Below are positions 13,662 through 24,422 of a stretch of 64,000 nt of DNA, in pieces. Position 1 is the first letter of the stretch. Each line of letters starts with the position of its first letter. The stretch is from Lama guanicoe (lineage: Eukaryota), in assembly GCA_013239625.1 (NCBI GenBank), contig MU054391.1:870001-934000 (forward strand), written 5' to 3'. The notes beneath the pieces were generated by a model. It was not told the origin of the DNA and did not search any database. It saw nothing but the letters and a program-made list of their open reading frames with translations. Both the position numbers and the translations under genes were made by a program.

Positions 13662-14294
13662 AGGGAAGCTCCACCCAGTGTCTGGTGGCCTTACCACCCA
13701 TAAGGAGGCCCTGATTTAAATGAAAAAGGTTGCAAATCGGCCTTACGGTGGGCGGCCATGGGAAATACCTGCAAATTCCTCGGATTTTAAATGCTACAAT
13801 GAAATAGAAACAAATTCGGTTAAGCCCAGCCCCCAGGTACTATCAGCCAATGTAAAATAATGCCACCATTTCTCCTGGAGTTTTTTTTAAATGAAATTTG
13901 AATTGCTATGAAAAAAGGTAAAATGATCTGAATTTATTGATCGTTAGTCAGCTCCCACTGCCCCCCACTGAAAATAAACTGCAAAAAACACCTTCAAATA
14001 CATATTCTACAACAGCTGTGTCAGGTTGAGAACACTGGCATTTCCACAACAAAGCAAAAGAAGGTAAACAGGAAGACGAGTCACCTTCGGGGAGAGAGGT
14101 GAGTGAATGCGGAGACCTGTGTACAGTCAGAAGCACATGTCATGGCTCTGAGTTGCCCCCAGTTTTCTTGCCAGTGTGTCCATCAGGTTAGACAGTCAGT
14201 CCCGAGGTGGAGACAAGAATTAGAGGGCGAGCCCAGTGCTCAGAGGAGTGAGCCTGCATGTCCTCCATGGGAGGCTGGAGAGAGAAGGTGTGAT

Positions 14295-14798
14295 GCCTGC
14301 ACACAGTGAAATACTACTCAGCCATGAAAAAGAATGTGACGATGCCCTTTGCAACAACATGGATGGAACTGGAGACCATTCTAAGTGAAGTAAGTCAGAC
14401 AGAGAAAGAAAAATACCATATGATATCACTCATATGTGGAATTAAAAAGAAATAAAAAACAAAAAACACAAATGGAGCTATTTACAAAACAGAAGCAGAC
14501 TCACAGACATAGAAAACAAACTTGTGGTTACCAGTGGGGAGGGGTGGGAGGCAATAAACTGGGAGTTTGAGATTTTCAGATACTAACTACTATATATAAA
14601 ATAGATAAACAACAAATTTACACTGCACAGCACAGGGAACTACGTTCAATATCTTGTAGTAACCTCTGGTGAAGAAGAACATGAAAAGAAATATGTGTGT
14701 ACACGTACGACTGAAACACGATGCTGTGCTCCAGAAACTGACACAACATTGTAAACTGACTCTACTTCAATAAAAATTTAAAAATTTAAAGAAAAGAA
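14295..14798 (+). mobile_element. 5'-truncated LINE-1 (end of ORF2, 3' UTR, A-rich tail)
   Basis: aatactactcagccatgaaaaagaat...gcaacaacatggatggaactggag...ctaagtgaagtaagtcagacagagaaag, ending in cttcAATAAAaatttaaaaa. Confidence 0.92.
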
Positions 14799-15829
14799 TT
14801 CGATATACCCACCAAAAGGTGAGAGTGCACCACCATGGAGGCTTTGCTAACCCGGAGTCCCGGCTCACGCCAACAGGAAACGATCACACACAGCTTCCCA
14901 TGGTGTAGAAGGGGTGTTGGACGTGGCCAGATGTAAAGGAGTGAGGATTGTAAGAGCAACGCAGTAGGCAGAGACAACAGTCGTGATAATACAGTGCTTT
15001 AATATCACACAGTGCTTTTTACCCACGTAAAGACACTTAGGGATTCATGCTTACCAGAGACAAATAGCAATGTGTGAAAGATGTGGTGTGAGGGGAAAAC
15101 TGCTAAACAGCTCCTCTTCTTTGGAAGTCATTAGGCACCAAGCAATTAAGGGCAACTAAAAATCCAGCCTTTGTGTAATGGAGATATTAAAAATCTATCT
15201 CGGAGCAGGACACTGGATTATGTCTTTGAATTCCAAAACGTGTTTCGGGGATTCAATGACCATCTTTCCACACTGTAGGAAAAGGCTCCCCAGCCCAGCA
15301 TGGAGCGGCGCTGGGGGTCGGGCCCCGAGTCCAGGCCAGCCTGGGCTCAGACTGGTCCGTCCACTCCTGTGTCCCTTGCTGGTGACCGGGGTCAACACTG
15401 AAAGGAGCAGGACCCCAGGACACCTGATACCAGTCTCACCATGCTGGGATGAGACTGGAGGATGTACACTTCTACACGTGCGTTTTCTTTCCTCTCATGG
15501 TGAACTGTTTCTGGTGTGCAAGCTGACCTACACTGCCTTTTACACGTGTTGACCATAAAGTGTGCATTTGAAAAAATCATGACTATTTTGGTCACTTTAG
15601 GGGAACGATTAGTGCCTGCAGACTAGAGAAGTGTGTGTGTGTGCACGTGTGTATCCAGGGGAAGAAGGAGAACCTCGAGGGGCTCGTCCCACAGGGGAGG
15701 ACAGTGCAGGTGAGTCTGTGGGGCCGCCCTGCTCCTCACAGATCAGGCCTGGACGCAGCCCTGCGCACGCGGGCCGAGGCGTCTGCTCCATGAGTGTGAT
15801 TGGGTCTGCTAGATTCCTAATTCTCTCTC

Positions 15830-16462
15830 TTTTTTTTTTAATTGAAGTCTAGTTAGTTTAGAATGTTTTTTTATTGAAGTCTAGTTGGTTTAGAATGTTG
15901 CATTAGTTTCTGGTGTACAGCACAGTGATTCAGTTTTTATATATACATATATATATACACACACATATATATATATTCCTTTTTGTATTATTTTTCATTA
16001 TAGGTCATTACAAGCCATCAAATAGAGTTCCCCGTGCTGTACAGTAGCACCTTGTTGTTTAATTTATATATAGTGGTGTGTATCTGCAAATCCCAAGCTC
16101 CCAGTTTATCCTCCCCCCACCGGTAACCACAAGTTTGTTTTCTATGTCCATAAGTCTGTCCCTGTTTTGTACATAAATTCATTTATGTCATTTTTTTAGA
16201 TTCCACATATAAGTGATATTATATGGTATTTTTCTTTCTCTTTCTGGCTCACTTCACTTAGAATGAGGATCTCCAGGTCCATCCATATTGCTGCAAATGG
16301 CATTATTTTATTCTTTTTTATGGCTAAGTAGTATTCCATTGTATAAATATACCACATCTTTATCCAGTCACCTGCTGATGGCCATTTAGGTTGTTTCCAT
16401 GTCTTGGCTGTTGTAAATAGTGCTGTTGTGAACACTGGGGTGCACGTATCTTTTCTAATTAG
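15830..16462 (-). mobile_element. 5'-truncated LINE-1 (ORF2 C-terminus and 3' UTR)
   Basis: ORF 16196-16435 ([11 protein letters not shown]...[39 protein letters not shown]) is the L1 ORF2p C-terminus. Poly-T lies at 15830-15839. Confidence 0.95.
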
Positions 16463-17239
16463 ACTAAAATGTGATTTCGCTTGTAGTCAAATTCAATTCC
16501 ATAGGCCTGTTTCCTACGAGGAACAGATGCTGGTTGCCACGCTCCCTGCTTTCCTCACCTGGTCCCCGTCGGTGTGCGGTCCGTGCACCTGCAAGCCCAG
16601 CTCAGGTAGGCCACGGTCAGCCGTTTACTGCCGGCAGCATCCTGGACACCTGGGGCCCCGTGTCTCTGAGTGATGAGGCTTAGATCACTTCCTGCTGGTA
16701 ACACGCCCAATGGCTCGCCTGTAACTTAACTTGGTTCAGAAAACGAGCACCTGCCTCTCTGCTCTTCTCCTCTTTCTATTACATTAAACTTTCCACTAAG
16801 GCCTTTGTTATTGATTCTTATTTTATAAAATAATTGTAAAGTATAGCATCTGCTCTCCGTCTCACTCTCTTAAACCGGAATTATCAGGCCCTGAAGGCAG
16901 GGGCTTAGCCTGGAGAAGAAGTGGGGGGCTTCAGGCAGTGTCCTCACAAACGCAGGTCAGGCTGGAGCGCCAACAAATGTGCTGGCCATCTAGAACCTGG
17001 GGAGTCGGTGCGCTGCGGCCGACTACGGCTGTCCTCCCTGCACGTGGACGAGACCGCGTCTCTCTCTCTCACACGCGGAGCGCTCCTACCCCTTCTTACT
17101 GAAGAGCGAGGGCCCAGCTCACGGGCGGTCTGTGAATCCCCGCGGCTCACCTGCCCTGCCTGCTGGGGTCGTCATCCATCCATCCCTCTTGCAGAGTCGA
17201 CCTGAAGTCAGCTCTGACTGCTGGACTTCAGACCCTCAG

Positions 17240-17253
17240 CCACCAGGTGGCGG
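17240..17253 (+). promoter_or_regulatory. Candidate CTCF core motif
   Basis: CCACCAGGTGGCGG fits the CTCF core CCASYAGRKGGCRS and lies about 250 bp from the edge of the CpG island. Confidence 0.45.
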
Positions 17254-17499
17254 CAACAGCCACGTCCGGCCAGGCGGCGGTGACACGGGGACCCACACGG
17301 AGTGCTTTATTTCGGAAGTCAAGCTGCCTCTGATCTGCGAATCTCACACACCCAACTTCCGCCTTCCCACCCGCCTTCGCCGCTGGTGGCCGTAAGTTTG
17401 TTCCGCATGTCTGTGAGTCTGAGATTTGCAGACACACGCTGTACGAAATACACAAAACAGACAAGGTCCTTCAGCAGAACGCACAGCACTGCATTCAGG

Positions 17500-18740
17500 A
17501 CCCGGCAGTAACACCCGGCGGAGAAGAGTCAGGACAGAAGCACGTGTGCGCACGTCCGGCCCAGCACCAGGGGCGCCCCGCGCTGCAAACTGCCTCCACT
17601 CCAGCGAAGAAACGGGGGAAAGGAAAATCGCCTCCGCTCAAGTCCGCCTGACCGACTGTCAGGGTCTTCTCAAGTTACAACCTAATTCTTCAAAAATTAT
17701 CGGCATTAAGAACAACGGGGCTGGACACTCGCTTTTATCAAGTCTCCCCGTAAACTCCCCGGAGGGAAAGCGGCCGGGTTCCGGGGGGGCGGCGCCGGGG
17801 CCCCGCCCGCCGCAGCCGCAGGCGCCGAGCGCTGTCCTCCGGCGGCCGCGCAGCAGGACGGCGAGTCCGGGTCCCCGCTCCCACGGCTGTGCCCCGTGAC
17901 GAGGACAGTGAGCTCTCACTTCGCGCTGCAAATCTTCCTCCCTCTGGAACCGGCTGTGTCTGGCCTGGCTTCCGGTCCCGCGGTGGCTCACGGCGCATTC
18001 GCCGCCCGGAGCGTTGGCAGCTGGGGCGCGGCGCCACCTCCACGCCCGCCTCCCCCGCTCCGCACAGCGGCCTCGCGTCCTCCGCCCCGCCCGCCCCCGC
18101 GTCCACGCGCTTCGAAGGGGCCGAGCTGCCGCGGAGCGCGACGGTCCCCGGGCGAGCGGTTCTGCCTGAATGCCGCGCGCACTGAGCCCGCCCTCAGCGC
18201 ACACGCGCCACAGGGAACGCTCCTTCGCGGCCAGTCGCGGGGCCCCTCACCGAAGGCAGTGCCTTTCATTTGATTACAAAGCAAGTCATTGTTTGGACTC
18301 TTTTGCCTGGACTTAGCATCCGAGTGGTACACTGGGTAACGTGACCTAACACACGCTTACAAGTGACAAAGTTTTGCACGTGTGGTGCCCGTATCACCAC
18401 CAGCTCAGTCCGGGGAGCCTCCAGCCAGAAAGGGCCCTGTCCGCATCCCAGCATGTTCCTGCCCAAGCCCGCCGGACTCCCCTGGCGTCCAGGCCTTCTG
18501 CTCGGAACTTCACGTGACGGGAGCGCACCACACACGTGCTGTGTGCCCTGTTTCTTTCCCTCGGCGTAACCTCTGTGGGACCGGGCTGTCTTCGGCGGGG
18601 CCCTCGCGTGGGTCTCCGCCGGGGGACCCGCACCGGGCGGAGCGCGGGGACAAGGGGAAGGCACGCCGCCTGCAGGTCCCAGGGTCAGGCCGGGCCCTCG
18701 GTTACTCTTCCTGCACCCACGGTACAACCTGCGCCCGCTG
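17500..18740. promoter_or_regulatory. CpG island / probable promoter
   Basis: Very high GC and CpG density, with multiple CCGCCC GC-boxes (about 17803, 18082-18098, 18188). E-boxes at 18377, 18511 and 18533. Minus-strand donor-like sites after 17920 (GAA|GTGAGA) and 18251 (TCG|GTGAGG). Confidence 0.8.
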
Positions 18741-18764
18741 AGCAGTGTCCCGGGGAGATCTTGG

Positions 18765-18967
18765 GATTCTGAGTCAGAGAACGGAGTTTAAATCTGGTTT
18801 TTCCACTTACAAGTTTCATGAGTATTAAGTAAATTACTAATCCTGAGTCTTTCCAAAATAATTGTATTAATAATTCTACCTAAGAGATTCACTGTGCTAA
18901 TTGGATTAATCAATTAATACATGAAATTGGCTTTAATAGAAAAGTATCATAAAACTGCTAGTTATTA
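18765..18967 (+). mobile_element. MIR remnant
   Basis: attctgagtcagagaacggagtttaaatctggtttttccacttacaag...ataattctaccta follows the MIR consensus order; highly diverged. Confidence 0.6.
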
Positions 18968-19248
18968 AAAAGAAAAAAACCCAAAAATAAATCTATCCTT
19001 TCTGGAGGTTTAGAGGACAGTAACAGAAACCAGAAAAATCAGCAGGTCTGGGATTTGACCCCAGTTCTCTAGACGTGACATTTCAGAAAAATCTCTTTGC
19101 CTCTAAACTTTCACCTTCAAAATAGAGTATTACCCACAGTGCCTGACTTTAGGGATTCCAGCAAGAATCCACGTGGACATAATTTATAAAAGCAGTTGTT
19201 AAAGTACAGTCAGTGGGTGAGGATTATTCTGTGCAAAAAACATCTAAT

Positions 19249-19412
19249 GTGGTCGAGTGTGTGCTCAGCTGCATGAGGTCCTGGGTTCAATCCCCAGTGC
19301 CTCCTTTAAAAATAAATAAATAAACCCAATTACTTCCCCCTGACCAAAAATAGGTAAATAAATAAAAATAAAATGGAGAAAGAGAACTTACAATATTTTA
19401 AAAATTAAAAAA
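19249..19412 (+). mobile_element. tRNA-derived SINE (camelid Vic-1-like), slightly 5'-truncated
   Basis: gtggtcgagtgtgtgct...gaggtcctgGGTTCAATCCccagt (B-box), then aataaataaacccaattacttcccc and an A-rich tail. Homologous to 59662-59834. Confidence 0.85.
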
Positions 19413-19639
19413 GATACATATTTATAGATGGAAAAGCAACAGGTAAAATCCTCTAGCAGTTTTCAATTTAAAATACACACAGTGGCCACCAGCATTCAAC
19501 AGCGTGGGCCAGATTCAACGGCAGAGCGTCAGCAGCCCCGAACTAAGACCAGGAAAAGGCGGCACCACCACCACTTGCAGTCAGCGTCACCCAGGAGGCG
19601 ACTCCCAGCACGGGAGATAACTGCCCACGTTACGTGCAC

Positions 19640-21100
19640 AAATATTGAAAGGGGATGTTTATTCGCAGATGAAAGGATTTCATTCCAAGGAAACAGGAGA
19701 AACTTTTCTAAGGAATATTAGAATTAATAAGAACTCAATAAGGCAGTGAGATTTGAGAAAATGTGCTGCAGTTAAGAGCTTTCGTGTTATCAGCAGTCAG
19801 CACGTTGACACAGACACCGAAGGCAGAACGGTGGAACGGGAGTGAAGGAGGTCCTGGTGCGCAGACAGACGCAGCAGCTCCCGGAGGGGGGCTGACTGAA
19901 GCCGACGGAACTTGGAAGTGCAGCCCAGGGCGGTTCCCTCCACCCCAGGGAGGCTAACCCGGGGAGGTGCAGTGTGTGACAAATTTACTTCGAAGTTCAC
20001 TTGGAAAAACGAACATGCGATACTCGTTGAACGATGGGGTAAAGCTCAGGCCCTCCTGATAATGAAAACTCACTGTAAAGCTAAAGTCATCAAACCAGTG
20101 TGTTACTGACACAGAACTGGAAAAAAAACCAGATCATCTAAAAGGAACGAAGAGCTTAGAAACTACAGCAAGTAACAGGAGACAAAGACGGCCGCCCCCT
20201 CAGAGAAAAGCGGCTCCGCAAAGCAGGGCGCCCGCCAAGTCTGCGCCCCATGGGAGTGGACACGGGACCAGCGTGCAGTGGGCACACGTGTGACCGTCAC
20301 GCTGAATAGAGACCTGCGTCCTTGCAGAGCTGTGAGAGCACTGGAAGAGATTACGTGGCTCTTAGTTTAAAATGGGGCAGAGCTTCTTAAATCATGTAGA
20401 AAATAAACAGCCACAAAATGAGCAGACTTGCCTACATAAAAATGTAAAATTCCCATATGGCTCTACAAGTGGAGTGAGCAATTGATAGACTCGGAGAAAG
20501 TATTTACAATGTACGACAGGAAAAGAGTGGATATTCTGTCGAATCTAAAGAGCTGAAATTTGAAAACAAAGATAAACAGGTAGAGAAAGGGTGAAGACAG
20601 GAGACAAGTCACACGTGTCAGCACGAGGAGCCGAAGTTCCTGCAAGGCAGTCGGGTGCACGTGTGTTGAAGTGAGGCAGCAGTTTCACCGCGGACCCTGG
20701 CAGGAGCTCGCAAGACTGGAGATCCCTCTGATGCGGTTGCAGAAGGCTGACATCATGGATTCAAACTCTGAATGGTGCTCCATCAGCCCAGCTGCCCAAC
20801 AGATGGGACCCTCTCCTACAGACGTAAAAGCACAGGTGTGCAGGGACAAGTGCACGGATGCCCATGATGGCACTTTCTGGAGGGAAAGCCTGGGATCACC
20901 CCAAATGTCTGCTGGCCCAGGAGCGGGAGAGTAAGTTAAGGCTAAACCACACCGTGGAACATTCTAGTGCTATTTAAACAAGCAGTAGACCAAGCTGTTC
21001 TGATCAGACGGACGTCCACGACACAGGATTAAGCAAGAGAGGAAAGTAAGTAGGAGAACAGCTTTGTGGTAATGCGACCCTTGACGAGGAAACACCGTTT
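19640..21100 (+). mobile_element. Ancient, fragmented LINE-1 (L1M-type) ORF2/3' region
   Basis: ORF 19912-20109 ends DKFTSKFTWKN...LLIMKTHCKAKVIKPVCY, which aligns with the L1 ORF2p motif ILKFIWN...LPDFKLYYKATVIKTAWY. Further L1-like A-rich blocks lie at 20.37-20.58 kb. Boundaries approximate. Confidence 0.65.
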
Positions 21101-23479
21101 TCTATCAGCCTACATACCTTTGTGAGCGGATGCGATGAAATCTGAACTTTGGGGCAGAGTGAGGAGAATGGCATTAACTTTGTCTTTATACGCTTTTGTT
21201 TCCTTGGTTTCTTATAATCATAGTTTTGCAAATTCAAAAGAACAAATTCAGGTAGAAGAAAAATCTTTAAAGCAGGTTTCATTAATGTTTAGGAGTCCAA
21301 TCGGAAATTTCAATATTAAAAATGCTAAAAAGGAGTGGTCCACATTTAAAGGGGAAAATGTCTCACTTCTCAACATCCTTTGAAGTCCGAGCTTGTAGGG
21401 GTGTGATCTGCGTGGGGGCAGCCTTGTGTGAGTGGAGGGCAGTGGCTTTGGCGAGCACAGCGCATGACGAGGGCAGGGCTGCTCCGCGCTCCTGCCCTGC
21501 CCGGGCGAGTGCGGGGCCAGGCAGCCTGGCCGCCGGGTGGCGGGGTGTGGGGGCAGCGGGCAGGAGGCCGGCGGCGGGCTGAGCGCACACGGTTTAGCAG
21601 ACGCGCTCGGCGCACGGGTGCGCATGAACCAACGGCCTGTGACCCAGCACTTAGGGCAGAGTTCGGCTAGCGGCTACCAGATCGCAGTAAGCAAACTCAG
21701 GCAGATTCATAATCGGCAGCATAGACCTCGCCTTGTCGTTTCAAAATTGCTTTTTTATGAAAGACAACGTTTTATTGGTGGAGGAGCTACAGAGAATTTA
21801 TTTGCGGGCTGATTTGATTTACACACGTGGGCCTCGCCGTCAGCCTTCAGGCAGGTGGACGCAGAGGTGACAAGGCTCCCAGCCGGGCTGACGCACGCCC
21901 AGCCTGTGACGTGGGGCATGTGGGGGATGGAGCGCACTCGTGAGCAGCTGCCTCCCCTGAAAGGGGACAACGGCGCGACCGTCAGCGGCAGTGGCTGCCA
22001 GAGTCAACTGTGAAACTGGAGCCGCCACCGAGCCGGGACGTCGAGGGCCAGGCTCCCTAGCTTCCTGCGTGAGAACTGTCAGCTGAGACGCCATGTCCCC
22101 TGCAGAAGGCAGGGCGCCTCCGATTTGGAATGGGGCTCTGCGGTCGTCTGCCATTTTTATGCACAGCCGAGGGGCCTCTGAGGAGCCAGTCTATGCGGAT
22201 GAGACTAAGAGGCTAAGTCTACAAATACATGAACTAAAAAAAAAGTCCCTTCAAGACATTTACCGTCATCAGAAGTGCTCACGGTGGCTGGAGACTTAGT
22301 GGGTCTCTTGATAACTCGGCTCAGAAGGAATCCGATGTCCGTCTTCTTGGCCACAACTCTCTTTCTCCATATCTATCAACAATCGCTAAATCATGAAAAA
22401 TGTCCTGACAGGGGAGAGGCATTCTCGTCTCTTCCTGCTTCTCCTGGGATTCCTGTCTCTTTGGGGCGGAGTCCACGCGTGAGAAGACGGCGATTCTGAA
22501 GGTTGAGGAAGAGCGTGACTCTCACCCAACTGGGCTGATCTCGAGAGGCGCTCCCGTGAGCTTCCGCAGATCACAGCATGTGGCATAAAGTGACGTCTCG
22601 AGCGGGCTCATTACAGCTTAGCGCGTGACCCTCCTACATCCAGGTAATACTAACCGAGCCCGGCTTCACTCAACACTCACAAATTAGGGGGAAAAAGGTG
22701 GAATGAGGTACGTAACAAAGCAGAGAACTGAGCAGAAAGAAAAGGGGAAAATGCAGCTGAAACAAAGGCGGTTCCCCCCAAATTTTCTCAGGTGCTTATC
22801 TTTCACGTTGTTGATTCTAAGTCACTTCCCTTGGTTAAATCCCACGGGAATGAATTTCCTCGAACCAGCAGCCCAAACACACCACGCCCCAGCACCTTTC
22901 CTGGGCCAGTCCCTCCCTCACATCTTAACATGCATTTTGAACGGCAGAGTGCTGATGGCCTTTTCAGCGAATCTGCAAAACCACAGCACACCTCGATTTT
23001 TGAGTGTCCTGACGTGGTGCTCGTCTGGTTTAGTGAAAGAAGCAGGGATGCCCAGTGTCCATGAGGGACTCTGACCCCACCAGGGCCCTGGGGTCTGGCG
23101 CCCCCACTCCTGAACCCCCACTAGGCAGCTGGGCTTACGGACACACCCCTACTGGACAAGCACAAAACAAATGCTATAAGAGTTAAAAAAAAAGAATGAG
23201 AAGACTTTCTTTAAATTTTGCATCACAATATTCCTCGCTTTGTAGTCAAGTCGAAGTTTCAATTCTTCTGGAAAGGGCTGGCTGCTCCCCTCCAAACTCT
23301 GCACCCCACCTAGACCCTCAGCCCAAGTTGGGGGGCCTGTTATTTGTGTAACAACAAGACACAGAGTCGGCATTTCCAAAACTAAACTGACTGCTGTTTC
23401 CCGAGAATCCGTTCGCCTCTGTGTGCCTCATCGGTGCAGGGCTCACCTCACCTTGGGCGCTCAGACCTGGGAATCCTGC

Positions 23480-24100
23480 CTCTCTCCTCACCTCCACGCC
23501 ACAATGTTCAGTGTCCCTTAAACGTCCGCCATCAGATGGCATCTCCGCCTTCCCTGCTGTACCTGGTCAAGACCACCTTTGAATACTGTCCAAAGCGCTG
23601 CACGTCCCCCAGGGACCCCCACCTCCAGTCTGCATCCTCAGGTCCACTTCTCCAGAGGGAAGCTGGAGTGTTATGAATTAATGAAAATCAGCCACGTCTT
23701 CCCTCATGCTGGGCGAAGAGTCCAAACTCCTCAGCATGGATTTCCAGGGGGCACCTCTCCCACCTCGCTCTTCACCATCCCCATCACAGCAGCCATCTGG
23801 CCGGGGCCGACCTCTTGCATGTCTTCAAAGGGGCCATCAGCTCTCCTGCTTTCAAGTCTCCACACATAATTCCTAGAACGTCTCCGGTCCACCAGACCGA
23901 GTCAAGTTCCCTCCACCCACGTCCTCACAGCACCTGCTCTCCCCTTGGTGTAGCATTTGTGGGTTTGTTCTATTTATCGAGATGTCTGTGTGATCTACGA
24001 ACTCGTTACCTTGGTAGGGCTTTCCCGTTCTGCCTACCATTCTCTCCCAAGTAGGACACAAGTCCTAAAATGTGTTTGTTGATTGAATACAGGAATGAAT
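23480..24100 (+). mobile_element. LINE-2 remnant
   Basis: Pyrimidine-rich tract with gtccaaactcctcagcatgg, ending aaatgtgtttgttgattgaat...gaatgaat, which is typical of L2 3' ends. Confidence 0.55.
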
Positions 24101-24422
24101 GGGTGGATGGATGGATGAATGAATGAATACACAAAGGAGAAGGATGGATGGATGGACGGACGGACAGACAGATGGACAGATGGATGGATGGACAGATGGA
24201 TGGGTGGACTAATGGATGGATGGATGGATAGACAGATGGACAGATGGATGGACAGATGGATGGGTGGACTAATGGATGGATGGATAGACAGATGGACAGA
24301 TGGATGGATGGACAGATGGATGGGTGGACTAACGGATGGATGGATGGACAGACAGATGGACAGACGGACAGATGGATGGACCGATGGATGGGTGGACTAA
24401 CGGATGGATGGATGGATGGATG
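24094..24422. repeat. (GGAT/GGAC/AGAT)n microsatellite with about 60-bp higher-order unit
   Basis: The marker gggtggactaa recurs at 24202, 24262, 24322 and 24390. Confidence 0.95.
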
